This document shows positions 22,020 to 31,425 of a DNA stretch of 64,000 nt, one piece after another; position 1 is the first letter of the stretch, and every line of letters starts with the position of its first letter. This DNA comes from an uncultured Anaerolineaceae bacterium. GTDB lineage: Bacteria > Chloroflexota > Anaerolineae > Anaerolineales > UBA4823. The notes beneath the pieces were generated by a model. It had not been told where the DNA came from. It saw nothing but the letters and a program-made list of their open reading frames with translations, and made no database searches. The translations under genes were made by a program, and so were the position numbers. Location: contig CAYXDC010000006.1 in NCBI GenBank assembly GCA_964463505.1, positions 9,914 through 73,913 of the forward strand, written 5' to 3'.

Positions 22020-22523
22020 TTACCAGCCTTCGATGTACGGCTTCCACTCCTGATTTTCAGGCAGGTGGCGGGCGAAGAAGTAAATTGCTGAAGCAGGCGG
22101 CTCTTTGGCTGGGCGCAGCAGGTTCATCTGCGCCTGCTCGGCAGTACGCCCGCCCTTGCGGTGGTTGCAGGCCGGGCAAGCTGCCACCAGGTTATCCCAG
22201 CCATAATGCCCACCCAGGCGGCGCGGGATGATATGGTCAATCGTCAGATAGGAGACACGCTGCCCGCAGTACTGGCAGGTATATTCATCCCGGCGCAAGA
22301 TTTCGCGCTTGGTCAGATGCACCCTGGGGCGCGGGCGGCGTATCATATGCTCCAGGCGAATGACAGATGGCCGCGGCAAGTTGAGCGAGACGGTTTTGAC
22401 GACACCTCGCCCATTGAGCACCAGGCTGGCTTTCCCGGAAAGCATCAGGCCCAGGGCCCGCCGGGTGGTACAGACATGGATAGGCTCAAAATTGGCATTC
22501 AGGACCAGCACGGGTTCATGCAT
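22020..22523 (-). CDS. HNH endonuclease family protein
   Basis: CQYCG...DHIIPRRLGGHYGWDNLVAACPACNHRKG (an HNH/zinc-finger pattern) preceded by an approximately 80-aa N-terminal domain. Confidence 0.85.
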   Translation of the reverse strand: MHEPVLVLNANFEPIHVCTTRRALGLMLSGKASLVLNGRGVVKTVSLNLPRPSVIRLEHMIRRPRPRVHLTKREILRRDEYTCQYCGQRVSYLTIDHIIPRRLGGHYGWDNLVAACPACNHRKGGRTAEQAQMNLLRPAKEPPASAIYFFARHLPENQEWKPYIEGW

Positions 22524-22549
22524 CTCAGTGTCCCTGCGGCAATGTGCGA

Positions 22550-22577
22550 ATTATAGCACGCCCTGCCAGGATGCAAA
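22550..22577 (-). promoter_or_regulatory. sigma70-like promoter for the HNH gene
   Basis: On the minus strand, TTTGCA/TTGCAT (22571-22577), a 15-16 nt spacer and TATAAT (22550-22555). Confidence 0.4.
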
Positions 22578-22679
22578 ATCCCTTAATCAGCATCTAATTC
22601 ACTCGGATTGCGCCTGGAAGAGCTCTCTCATCGCCTCGTCCGGTACCTAATTCCTGTAAAGGTTGCGAAGTTCCTCAGG

Positions 22680-22685
22680 TATAAT
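22680..22685 (+). promoter_or_regulatory. -10 hexamer TATAAT; predicts a leaderless transcript
   Basis: The last base (22685) is exactly 7 nt before the ATG at 22692. No Shine-Dalgarno. Confidence 0.4.
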
Positions 22686-22691
22686 TGCCCT

Positions 22692-23207
22692 ATGCAAGCC
22701 AGCGCAACTACCCAGGAATATCGCCCGGTGCTGACTTCCCGGGTCGGGGAGGGGCTGGCATGGCTGGCGGCGCTTAGCCTGGGCGCAGCCGGGACCGCCA
22801 TTCCCGCGCGCGTCGGGTTGTTGGGCGCGTTGCCCTTCCTGACCGGTATCGTCGGCTTGATCGCGGCCGGCATCACCCTGAGCAATTGGATGGACCGCCA
22901 GACGGTGCTGCGCCTGGAGGCGCAAGGCGTATTTTTTACCAATGGCCTGCGCCGGGTGGCGTTGGACTGGGATAAAATTCAGCAGATCAGCGTCTTCACC
23001 GGCTCGCTGGGTAAAAAGGTCCAGGTGGTGGGTGGCGTGGAGCATTTTGAGTTTCGGTTCTTGAGCGAGGTAGAGTTGTTGGGACGAGCGCAGGGACAAT
23101 TGGGCTTTCCGGATGGGGCAGCCATTTTAGCTGCTATTTTGCAGCGTTCAGGCTTGCAGCGCGCCCAATCCGATACGCCCGATACGGTCTATTATGCTCG
23201 CCCGTAA
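22692..23207 (+). CDS. membrane protein (2 TM helices plus a small cytoplasmic beta-rich domain), function unknown
   Basis: Start placed at ATG 22692 (MQASATT). The ORF-track start at 22608 is a non-ATG codon without a Shine-Dalgarno. Confidence 0.55.
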   Translation: MQASATTQEYRPVLTSRVGEGLAWLAALSLGAAGTAIPARVGLLGALPFLTGIVGLIAAGITLSNWMDRQTVLRLEAQGVFFTNGLRRVALDWDKIQQISVFTGSLGKKVQVVGGVEHFEFRFLSEVELLGRAQGQLGFPDGAAILAAILQRSGLQRAQSDTPDTVYYARP

Positions 23208-23231
23208 CCAGGTTCTGCGGTGAGCACAGCG

Positions 23232-23257
23232 CGCCCTCTCCGCAGAGGGCGTTTTTT
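23232..23257 (+). terminator. intrinsic terminator
   Basis: CGCCCTCT-ccgc-AGAGGGCG (8-bp GC stem) followed by TTTTTT (23252-23257). Confidence 0.75.
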
Positions 23258-23288
23258 ATTGCCCTAATTTTCTTTTGGGAGGCCAGGA

Positions 23289-24524
23289 ATGGACGTACGC
23301 CAGATGACAATCGACCAGCAGGTAGCTTACCTGATGCAGGGCACTGAGTATGGGGATGAAACCCTCAAACAGGCCATGGCGGACGAGCTGCGGGCGCGCT
23401 TGATCGAAGCCCACAACGAAAAACGCCCGCTGCGCATCTATTGCGGCTTTGATCCGCGCACGAGCGACCTGCACCTCGGTCATACCGTGCCCATGCGCAA
23501 ACTGCGCCAGTTCCAGGAGCTAGGCCACGAAGTGACCTTTCTGGTCGGCACCTACACTTCCTTGATCGGCGATCCCTCGGACAAGGATAAACTGCGCCCC
23601 CAGCTCAGCTCTGCTGAGGTGGAACACAACGCCCGCACGTACGCCCAGCAGGCATACAAGGTGCTGGACAAAGATAAAACGCAGGTGCGCTTCAATGCCG
23701 AGTGGCTGTCTGAGCTGTCCTTTGCTGAGGTGATCGGTTTAGCCTCCAATTTCACCCTGCAGCAGTTCCTGACGCGCGAGAATTTCCGCCTGCGCTGGGA
23801 TAAGGGTGACCCTATTTATCTGCACGAGACGTTCTATGCCATCATGCAAGGTTACGATGCCTACGCCCTGAAAGCCGATGTGCAGGTGGGCGGCACAGAC
23901 CAGTTGTTTAATATCGTCACGGCTGCGCGCAAGTTGATGACTTTCCTGGGCGCGCGCCCCAATGTGGCAGTGATCCTGGGCATCCTGCCGGGCACGGATG
24001 GCGAAGTCAAGATGAGCAAGTCGCTGGGCAACCATATCCCGCTGCTGGCCGAGCCAGCCGATATGTATGGCAAGGTCATGTCGGTGCCGGATAAGGCCAT
24101 GGGGCTGTTCTTCCGCCTGGTGACGCGCTGGACGCCGGATGAGATTGCCTCCCTGGAGCAGGGCATGACGACAGGGACGCATAACCCCCGCGATGTTAAG
24201 ATGAAACTGGCCAAAGAAATCGTCGCCATTTACCATTCCCCCGAGGCGGCTGCGCAGGCTGAAACAGAATTCGTGCGTGTTTTCCAGCAGCACGACCTGC
24301 CGGAGGAGATGCCAGAATATGCTCTGCAAGCCGGGCAAACGCTGCTGGATGTGCTGGTAGATGGTGGGCTGGTCCCCAGCCGGGGCGAGGGCAAGCGCAT
24401 GTTCCAGCAGCGCGCCGTGCGACTGGATGGAGAGACCCTGCAGGAGCCTGATGCAGCCTTCCCGCACCCGGGTGTGCTGCAGGTGGGCAAGCGCCGCTAT
24501 CTGCGCGTGATTTCTGGCGGCTGA
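23289..24524 (+). CDS. tyrS: tyrosine--tRNA ligase
   Basis: HIGH-type motif DLHLGH, KMSKS present, and a C-terminal S4-like domain; 411 aa. Confidence 0.93.
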   Translation: MDVRQMTIDQQVAYLMQGTEYGDETLKQAMADELRARLIEAHNEKRPLRIYCGFDPRTSDLHLGHTVPMRKLRQFQELGHEVTFLVGTYTSLIGDPSDKDKLRPQLSSAEVEHNARTYAQQAYKVLDKDKTQVRFNAEWLSELSFAEVIGLASNFTLQQFLTRENFRLRWDKGDPIYLHETFYAIMQGYDAYALKADVQVGGTDQLFNIVTAARKLMTFLGARPNVAVILGILPGTDGEVKMSKSLGNHIPLLAEPADMYGKVMSVPDKAMGLFFRLVTRWTPDEIASLEQGMTTGTHNPRDVKMKLAKEIVAIYHSPEAAAQAETEFVRVFQQHDLPEEMPEYALQAGQTLLDVLVDGGLVPSRGEGKRMFQQRAVRLDGETLQEPDAAFPHPGVLQVGKRRYLRVISGG

Positions 24525-24532
24525 TTAAAAGT

Positions 24533-27199
24533 TCAGGGGGCTGGCGAAAGATCTATATTCAATGCCGCACTCAGCAGGGCGCGCCCGGCTTGCTGCGCAG
24601 CGACGGCTGGCGATTCTTCCAGCAGGACGACCACCACGCGCGCCGCAGAAGCATTCTCCGGCAGCGTTCCGCCTAGATACCAGGCTACCATCCCGGCTTC
24701 GCCCAGCGGCGCCAAGCCGCTGGCTTCCCAGACGAGCTGCTCTGGCAGAGCCAGTAGGCGCGCCGCGCGTTGGGTGCCGCCGGCGGGCAGGGCGTTTGCG
24801 GCTGTAGCTGCAGGTGGGAGCAGCACCCAGCCCGCCTGAGGTGTATTTACGCCCGTAGCCAGGCTGAGCGCCGGCAGCGAACCTGCATTGGTCAGCGCTG
24901 CTGCGGCGCGTGCCAGTTGCAGCGGGCTGATCTGCAGTGTACCGGTTCCCAGCGCTTCACGATCATCTTCCGGCCAGGCTGCCAGGCTGGTGCTACTGAA
25001 AGCCTCCAGACCGATCTCCGGCGGGCTAAAAAATCCCAGGCTGTTCAATAAATTCAGGCGTTGTGCAGGTTCTAGCGTCTCAACCAGGGCCAGTTGGGCG
25101 TCCGGGCACCCTGCAGCCACGCGCGTTCCCCAGGCCGCCTCGCCTTCGGGTAGTGCTCCCGGTGCCAGGGCGCAGTCCCGGGTTGAACCCACCAGGCTGC
25201 GCTCGGGCAGGTCTCCAGCCGCAGCCGCCTGCGCCAGGAAGAAGGGCGCTAGGCTGGTTCCGGGCAGGTAGCTGCCTTGCACTGCCCGATTGATCAGGGG
25301 TTTGGTGGGGTCGCCGATTAAAGTTTCCCATTGCGCTTCGAGCTGGTTGGAATCAAAAGTCGGGTGCGAAGCCAAGGCCAGGATCTCCCCGCTGAGCGCG
25401 TCCAGCAAAACCGCCGCGCCGCGCTGCTCGCCCAGGCTGGCATCTGCCAGGGTCTGTAAGGCAAGGTCCAGGCTCAGGCGCACATCCAGGCCGGGTGGAG
25501 GCTCACCATACACCAGGTGATTCCACCAGATGGTCAGCCCGGGATTGCCTTGCAAGCCGCGCAGGTAGGGGTCCAGGCTGGCTTCCAGGCCAGATTGCCC
25601 ATAAACCGGATTCGTATAGCCGACAACTGCGCTGAGCTGCGGGTAGCGGGTTACGCGGAGGTAGCTGCCAGACTCGCCCTCAGTTTCATTAATTGGGTTC
25701 AGATTGCGGTCGAGCAGCGCGCCGCGCTCGACATTGCGGTCGGAGATCACCCGGCGGGCGTTATCGGTGCGCCCCAATAAGTCTGGGCCACGCACCACCG
25801 CCCACCAGCCCAGTACCAGGGCCGCCCCCGCCAGACCCGCCAGGATCAGCGTTCCCAGGTGTAAGTATGGGCGGCTGGCGGATTGCGCCACCAGGCGTAC
25901 CGTCGGCTGGCTGCTGATCAGGATCAAGAGCAGGACTGCCACCAGAGAGGTTAGCAGCGACGAGCCGCCGTAAGAGACAAACGGCAGGGTCACCCCGGTC
26001 AGGGGCAGCAAACGCAGGTTACCGCCAATGATCAGGACGCTCTGCCCCCCGATGTAGGCGGTCAGCCCGCCTGCCAGCAAACGCCGGAAGGGGTCGGGAG
26101 CATGCAGGGCGATCTGCAGGCCGCGCCCGCTGAGCAGCGCTAACAGGGCCAGCAGCCCCAATCCACCTACCAGGCCGGTTTCTTCCACGATGGCGGCGAA
26201 GATAAAATCTGAATGCGGCACGGGCACCAGTCCGGGGTTGCCCAGGCCTGGCCCGCGCCCAAATACGCCCCCATTGGCGATTGCCAGCAGGGATTGGACG
26301 ATCTGGTAAGAACGCCCGCTGGGGTCCAGCCAGGGGTTGAGCCAGGCATCCATGCGCAGGCGCACCAAGTCAAACAGCAGCATCCCGGCCACACCTGCCG
26401 CGCTGATCACCAGCGCCCCGGTCACCGGTGCAATGCGCCGCCCGGTGCTGAGATAGATGATGGTTGTATACAGGAACAGGAAGATCGTAGCCGTGCCCAG
26501 GTCACGCTGCACCAGTAACAAGCCCAGCGCCAGGCCGGTCATCACCAGGGTGGGAGCCAACAGTCCCATCAGGACGCGCCGGTTGGGGTGCTGCCCAGCA
26601 GGCAGCGTGGCGCGCGGTTCGCCCAGGTAGGCTGCCAGATAGATCACCAGCAGTAATTTGAGCGGCTCGGAAGGCTGCAGATAAATCCCGCAGCAGCCCA
26701 GCCACATGCGTGGACCGTACCCCAGTGGGTTGGTGCCCAGCCACAGGGTCAGGCCCGTGAGCAGTAAGCCACTCGTGAGCCAGACGTATTTGTAACGCCG
26801 CAGGCTGCTCAAGTCGGGTGCCAGGCGGAATAAGCCCACGCCCAGCATGGCTGCCCCGGCGATAAACCATGCGCTCTGGCGCAGCCCTGCTGCGGGCCAC
26901 AGGCGGTAAATAGTCAGCAAACCCCAGCCCATCAGTAAACCGGTAAGCGGCAGCAGGTAGGGGTCGTGACGCTCCAGGCGGCGGTTAAGCCAGTTCTCCA
27001 GCAGCCTGATAAATGCCAGCCAGGCAGCCACACCGATCCAATGCTGCCAGCGCAGGTCCACAGGCCAGCTACGGGCGCGTACGGCTGGCGCCAAGCTGAG
27101 CGCTGCCGCATATACCAGCATAAACAGCGTCGCCAGGATCAGCAGGCGACGCTGCAGTTGTTGATCGGGAGTAGGGATCGGTCGTTCAGCGACACTCAA
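24533..27199 (-). CDS. fusion of SEDS glycosyltransferase (RodA/FtsW) and a penicillin-binding-protein-like domain lacking catalytic motifs
   Basis: N-terminal half: about 10 TM helices with PHSDFIFAAIVEETG and LPFVSYGGSS. C-terminal half: bPBP-like PLINRAVQGSYLPGTSLAP (where PGSTFKP is expected) and GTGTLQISPLQLARAAAALTNAG. There is only one Lys in the last ~455 aa. Confidence 0.8.
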   Translation of the reverse strand: MSVAERPIPTPDQQLQRRLLILATLFMLVYAAALSLAPAVRARSWPVDLRWQHWIGVAAWLAFIRLLENWLNRRLERHDPYLLPLTGLLMGWGLLTIYRLWPAAGLRQSAWFIAGAAMLGVGLFRLAPDLSSLRRYKYVWLTSGLLLTGLTLWLGTNPLGYGPRMWLGCCGIYLQPSEPLKLLLVIYLAAYLGEPRATLPAGQHPNRRVLMGLLAPTLVMTGLALGLLLVQRDLGTATIFLFLYTTIIYLSTGRRIAPVTGALVISAAGVAGMLLFDLVRLRMDAWLNPWLDPSGRSYQIVQSLLAIANGGVFGRGPGLGNPGLVPVPHSDFIFAAIVEETGLVGGLGLLALLALLSGRGLQIALHAPDPFRRLLAGGLTAYIGGQSVLIIGGNLRLLPLTGVTLPFVSYGGSSLLTSLVAVLLLILISSQPTVRLVAQSASRPYLHLGTLILAGLAGAALVLGWWAVVRGPDLLGRTDNARRVISDRNVERGALLDRNLNPINETEGESGSYLRVTRYPQLSAVVGYTNPVYGQSGLEASLDPYLRGLQGNPGLTIWWNHLVYGEPPPGLDVRLSLDLALQTLADASLGEQRGAAVLLDALSGEILALASHPTFDSNQLEAQWETLIGDPTKPLINRAVQGSYLPGTSLAPFFLAQAAAAGDLPERSLVGSTRDCALAPGALPEGEAAWGTRVAAGCPDAQLALVETLEPAQRLNLLNSLGFFSPPEIGLEAFSSTSLAAWPEDDREALGTGTLQISPLQLARAAAALTNAGSLPALSLATGVNTPQAGWVLLPPAATAANALPAGGTQRAARLLALPEQLVWEASGLAPLGEAGMVAWYLGGTLPENASAARVVVVLLEESPAVAAQQAGRALLSAALNIDLSPAP

Positions 27200-27202
27200 G
27201 GG

Positions 27203-28072
27203 TTACTGCGCCAGGTATTTCCCCACCAGCAAACTCAGGCGGCTGCGCATCTCGGGGGGGACTGCCTTGGGGTCGGTGATCAGCGCATTTTCCAGGGCGT
27301 TGCCGCATTCACAATCGCGCTGCGTCGCCAGGTCTGAAGCCAGCGTGAGAATAATTTTCTGCGCCAGTTGCAGGTTGCGGTTCAGGATCTCCACGACTAG
27401 ATCCACCGAAACCGGCGCTTCTGAGATATGCCAGACATCATAATCGGTGACATGCGCCATGGTGGCATAGCAAATCTCGGCCTCGCGCGCCAGGAACGCT
27501 TCAGGAGAGGCGGTCATGCCAATGATCGACATCCCCCACGCCCGGTAAGTATTCGATTCTCCACGCGTCGAGAAGCGCGGCCCTTCAATGGTCACCAGGG
27601 ACCCGCCTTTGTGCACCTTGGGGGTGCGTATCTTGGAGGCCGAGAACAACTGGGCGGAGAGGTCCGGGCAGAATGGATCGGCGACGCCGACATGTCCCAC
27701 CAGTCCTTCGCCAAAGAAGGTGTTCTGCCGCCCGCGCGTCAGGTCGAAGATCTGGTTGGGGATGACAATATCCCCGGGCGAGTAATCTTCGCGCAGGGAG
27801 CCGCAGGCACTGACGCTGACGATGCGTTCCACGCCGAGTGATTTCAGGGCGTAGATATTGGCGCGGTAAGGCACTTCACCGGGCATCAGGTGGTGTCCCA
27901 GTCCATGCCGGGAGAGAAATGCTACCGGAACGCCGGAAAGCTCACCCACGGTAATCGGAGAGCTGGGCTTGCCAAAGGGGGTATCGACTTCGAGCTGCTG
28001 GATTTTCTCCAGACCGGGCATGCTTTGCAGGCCGGTGCCGCCAATGACAGCAAGTTTGGGTTGTGTTTGCAT
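27203..28072 (-). CDS. mtnP: S-methyl-5'-thioadenosine phosphorylase
   Basis: KLAVIGGTG, FLSRHG and VSACGSL motifs of the MTAP/PNP family. Start at ATG 28072, preceded by GGAGGG. The stop lies 3 nt before the SEDS-PBP start. Confidence 0.88.
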   Translation of the reverse strand: MQTQPKLAVIGGTGLQSMPGLEKIQQLEVDTPFGKPSSPITVGELSGVPVAFLSRHGLGHHLMPGEVPYRANIYALKSLGVERIVSVSACGSLREDYSPGDIVIPNQIFDLTRGRQNTFFGEGLVGHVGVADPFCPDLSAQLFSASKIRTPKVHKGGSLVTIEGPRFSTRGESNTYRAWGMSIIGMTASPEAFLAREAEICYATMAHVTDYDVWHISEAPVSVDLVVEILNRNLQLAQKIILTLASDLATQRDCECGNALENALITDPKAVPPEMRSRLSLLVGKYLAQ

Positions 28073-28115
28073 GGGTTCGCCCTCCGCGTTCAAAATTAGC
28101 CTGAAGATTTCCGGC

Positions 28116-28550
28116 TCAATGAGAATGTTCGATCAGGACGTTTAGTTCGACCTGCCCACAGCGTAAGTGATCGCCGTGGGTGATCACCACCGGCTCGCCC
28201 ACAATCTCCTGGTTCAAGAGTGTGCCGTTGCGCGAATGCAAGTCTTCCAGCCACCACTGCCCGTGATGGAAACTCAGCCGGGCGTGGCGCGCAGAGATGG
28301 TGGGGTCGTCCAGGTGCAGGTCGCTGGCGGGATCGCGCCCCACCAGCACCAGCTGGGTATTGTAATAAGCGGGCTCGACCTGAGCATCGGCTGGCAGCAG
28401 CGCCAGGCGCGGGAATTGCGGTGCAGCCATATGCCGGCTGGCGGAGCGCAGGCTTTGCCAGGTCAGGTACAATGCCAGACCCAGAAAACCATACAGTGCC
28501 AGGGCTAAGATGGCGCGCAAGGCCAACAATAGCGGAGCGCTGAAGCTCAT
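28116..28550 (-). CDS. membrane-anchored FHA domain protein (FhaB/FipA-like)
   Basis: N-terminal TM helix, then an FHA pattern GRDPASDLHLDDPTISARHARL...SRNGTLLN. Overlaps the upstream gene by 4 nt. Confidence 0.85.
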   Translation of the reverse strand: MSFSAPLLLALRAILALALYGFLGLALYLTWQSLRSASRHMAAPQFPRLALLPADAQVEPAYYNTQLVLVGRDPASDLHLDDPTISARHARLSFHHGQWWLEDLHSRNGTLLNQEIVGEPVVITHGDHLRCGQVELNVLIEHSH

Positions 28551-29335
28551 CGGATCACCTCGGGGCCAGGTGAGAGCCGCCCGATATCCTGAGTCTCACT
28601 GGAGGGGTCTTGCCCGTACACCAGGGGCACGCCTGCCAGGGTGATTACGTCGCCAGGCGCCAGCAAGGCCTGCCGCACCCGCTCGCCGTTGACATAGGTG
28701 CCGCCGGTCGAATCCAGGTCAAAGATCAGGTAACGCCCGCGCACAGCTCGTAATTGGGCATGCACGCGCGAGACGCGCGCATCATTTACCACCAGGTGGT
28801 TATCAGAACGCCGCCCAATATTGATCACACTGCGCCGCAGGGAGAAAGCTTGCACGCCATCCACGATCAAAAAGGCATCCGGGGGGAATTCCCCGTTCTG
28901 CAGCCATTCATCCTGACTCAGGTCGCTGGTCTGGGCCAAGCCCGCCAGGCTGTTTTGAGAATGAATACTGACCTCGCTGCCATTCAAGGACGCTTCTACG
29001 TAAACACGCAAGACTGGAGGGCTGGAGAATGTAACTCCCGCCTGGGCCGCGGCTTCCTCTAGCGCCTGGCTGAGCTGGTCAAACAGGCCTGGATTGGCTT
29101 CCAGGAGCGCCATACGTTGTGGTGAGACAAACAAGGTATATAAATTAGGCGCAACCAGCTTACCATTGGCTTCCTGGTGTAGTCCGGTTTGCACTTCACG
29201 CGCCAGGCGTTGGGCCAGGTCTTCTTCCGGCGAGCCGCGCCCGAATAAGCGTGCCGCGCTGCCTTCGATAAGGTTTTGCAGGCGGGCTTCAATCTTTGCC
29301 AGGGGGTTGCGTGAGTTGGAGCGAGATGGTTTCAT
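28547..29335 (-). CDS. FhaA-like protein (DUF3662-type N-domain plus C-terminal FHA domain)
   Basis: N-terminus NPLAKIEARLQNLIEGSAARLF. C-terminal FHA pattern IGRRSDNHLVVNDARVSRVHAQL...GGTYVNGERV. Start at ATG 29335. Confidence 0.8.
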   Translation of the reverse strand: MKPSRSNSRNPLAKIEARLQNLIEGSAARLFGRGSPEEDLAQRLAREVQTGLHQEANGKLVAPNLYTLFVSPQRMALLEANPGLFDQLSQALEEAAAQAGVTFSSPPVLRVYVEASLNGSEVSIHSQNSLAGLAQTSDLSQDEWLQNGEFPPDAFLIVDGVQAFSLRRSVINIGRRSDNHLVVNDARVSRVHAQLRAVRGRYLIFDLDSTGGTYVNGERVRQALLAPGDVITLAGVPLVYGQDPSSETQDIGRLSPGPEVIR

Positions 29336-29395
29336 GGGCTCATTCACCCGGTTATTATAATGCAACCTGCGATGGATGAGCAGCCGTGTGGTTTG

Positions 29396-29404
29396 TGCTA
29401 GAAT
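29396..29404 (+). promoter_or_regulatory. extended -10 element (TGcTAGAAT) for archease-rtcB
   Basis: TG at 29396-29397 and TAGAAT at 29399-29404, about 34 nt upstream of the archease ATG. Confidence 0.35.
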
Positions 29405-29437
29405 GTTGATAGACCTATACTAAGGAGTGTACTGGGA

Positions 29438-29866
29438 ATGGTTGCACCGGCAGGCTACCGCGAAATCGATCATGCCGCCGACTGGGAGCTGGAAGTCTGG
29501 GCGCCAGACTTGCCTGGCGTGCTGGAACAGGCTGCCCGGGGTATGCAGCACCTGGCAGGCTTGCGCCTGCAAGACGCGCCTGCACGCTTGCTTGAGCTTC
29601 AGCTAACTGCCGCCGACGCCGAAAGCTTGCTGGTAACTTTCCTGGGTGAGCTGCTCTACAGCATCGAACAACATAAGCTGGGTTTTAGCGATTTTGACCT
29701 GCACGTAAGCCAGCTACCCGAGGATGCCGGCCTGGAATTGCATGCCAGCTTGCAAGGGCAGCCCCTGCTGGCGCTGGAGAAAGAAATCAAAGCCGTCACC
29801 TATCACCGGCTGGAAGTGCAGAGCACACCGGCTGGATTGTGCACCCGGATCGTATTTGACGTCTGA
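29438..29866 (+). CDS. archease
   Basis: 142 aa with [14 protein letters not shown] (the archease N-terminal His-x-Ala-Asp motif), immediately upstream of rtcB. Confidence 0.8.
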   Translation: MVAPAGYREIDHAADWELEVWAPDLPGVLEQAARGMQHLAGLRLQDAPARLLELQLTAADAESLLVTFLGELLYSIEQHKLGFSDFDLHVSQLPEDAGLELHASLQGQPLLALEKEIKAVTYHRLEVQSTPAGLCTRIVFDV

Positions 29867-29886
29867 CGGTGGGTGCGGAGGTTGAG

Positions 29887-31338
29887 ATGGTAAACCTGAG
29901 AGATTTAAAGAAGATCAGCGATTATGAATGGGAGATTCCCCAGAGCTACCGCGGGGATATGCGCGTCCCGGTGCGCATCTTTGCCAGCCGCCGCCTGCTG
30001 GAAGCGGTGATGGACGACAAATCCCTGGAGCAAGCTGTCAATGCAGCCTCTTTGCCCGGGCTGGTGGGGCAGGTCAACATCATGCCGGACATGCACCAGG
30101 GCTACGGCTTCCCCATTGGCGCGGTGGCTGCTACGCGCCTGCCCGATGGGGTCATCTCTCCCGGTGCAGTGGGCTACGATATCAATTGTGGGGTGCGCCT
30201 GTTAGCCTCCCCCCTTCAATATCCGCAGGTGGAGCCATACCTGGATGAATTAGCCACCACGCTTAACGCTTACTGCCCCAGCGGGGTCGGTGAGTCTGGC
30301 TCGGTGAAGCTCACAGATCACGACCTGGAGCAGGTCTGCCGGGAAGGCTCGAGCTGGGCGCTGAAAAACGGCTATGCCACCCCAACCGACCTACGCCGTA
30401 CGGAAGCCGGCGGGCGCCTTGAAGGAGCCGACCCTGCCAAAGTCAGCCTGCGAGCGCGCCAGCGCGGCCGCCCGCAGCTGGGCACCCTGGGCGCCGGCAA
30501 CCATTTTATCGAGGTTGATATCGTGGACCAGGTGTATGATTCCCGCGCTGCCCAGGCGATGGGCTTGCAAGAAGGCTGTCTGGCGCTGCAAATTCACTGC
30601 GGCTCACGCGGTTTCGGACACCAAATCTGCACCGACTACGTGCAGAGTTTCCAATCGGCTGTCAAACGCTATAATATTCACCTGCCCGACCGTGAGCTGG
30701 TGTGCGCCCCGTTGAACTCCCCTGAAGGCCAGGATTACCTAGCCGCCATGCGCTGCGCCGCAAATTATGCCTTTGCCAACCGCCAGGTGCTGGCATATCA
30801 CGCCCGGCGTGCCTTTGAAGCTGTCTTGGCAGTGAAAGGCCTGCCTTTTCAACTGCACCAGGTGTACGACATTGCCCATAATATGGCCAAGTTCGAAACG
30901 CATCTGATCGATGGCAAGCCAATGAAAGTCTGTGTGCATCGCAAGGGCGCCACGCGTGCCTTTGGTCCGGGGCACCCCGAGCTACCGGAAGAATATCGCG
31001 CCCTGGGCCAGCCGGTGCTGGTGCCAGGCAGTATGGGCACAGCCTCCTGGGTGCTGCTTGGCACCGAGGCCAGCATGGAGCGCTCGTTTGGCTCATCCTG
31101 TCATGGGGCGGGGCGGGTGATGAGCCGCGCCCAGGCCAAAAAACAGGTGCGCGGCGAAACGCTGCGGCGTGATCTCGAAAAAGATGGCATCCATATCCGG
31201 GCTGGCTCGCTGCCAGGCTTGGCCGAGGAAGCTCCGCAGGCCTATAAAGATGTGGACGATGTGGTAGCGGTGGTGTGTGGGGCGCAAATTGCTCGCAAGG
31301 TAGCCCGCCTGGTCCCGGTGGCGGTCATCAAAGGCTGA
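29887..31338 (+). CDS. rtcB: RNA 3'-phosphate ligase RtcB
   Basis: [26 protein letters not shown] and SSCHGAGR motifs. Start at ATG 29887, after GGAGG. Confidence 0.92.
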   Translation: MVNLRDLKKISDYEWEIPQSYRGDMRVPVRIFASRRLLEAVMDDKSLEQAVNAASLPGLVGQVNIMPDMHQGYGFPIGAVAATRLPDGVISPGAVGYDINCGVRLLASPLQYPQVEPYLDELATTLNAYCPSGVGESGSVKLTDHDLEQVCREGSSWALKNGYATPTDLRRTEAGGRLEGADPAKVSLRARQRGRPQLGTLGAGNHFIEVDIVDQVYDSRAAQAMGLQEGCLALQIHCGSRGFGHQICTDYVQSFQSAVKRYNIHLPDRELVCAPLNSPEGQDYLAAMRCAANYAFANRQVLAYHARRAFEAVLAVKGLPFQLHQVYDIAHNMAKFETHLIDGKPMKVCVHRKGATRAFGPGHPELPEEYRALGQPVLVPGSMGTASWVLLGTEASMERSFGSSCHGAGRVMSRAQAKKQVRGETLRRDLEKDGIHIRAGSLPGLAEEAPQAYKDVDDVVAVVCGAQIARKVARLVPVAVIKG

Positions 31339-31425
31339 GCCGACCTGGCAGCGGTCCTCACCGGACCAGGGAACAAAATTTGTCCGGATGGCGTCTTATT
31401 CCTGAAAGCTGATATACCAAGGAGG

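Noticed and set aside
22020-22523. The HNH endonuclease as a restriction-modification, homing or defence module
   Set aside because: No methyltransferase, ATPase, intron, intein or other partner is adjacent. It has its own promoter and terminator among housekeeping genes. The neighbouring MITE-like element has no demonstrable link to it.
23208-23288. A T-box leader upstream of tyrS
   Set aside because: Only about 80 nt separate the upstream stop from the tyrS ATG. I could not find a specifier-loop/T-box sequence (AANNNGGUGGNACCGCG-like). The hairpin plus T-tract fits as the terminator of the upstream gene.
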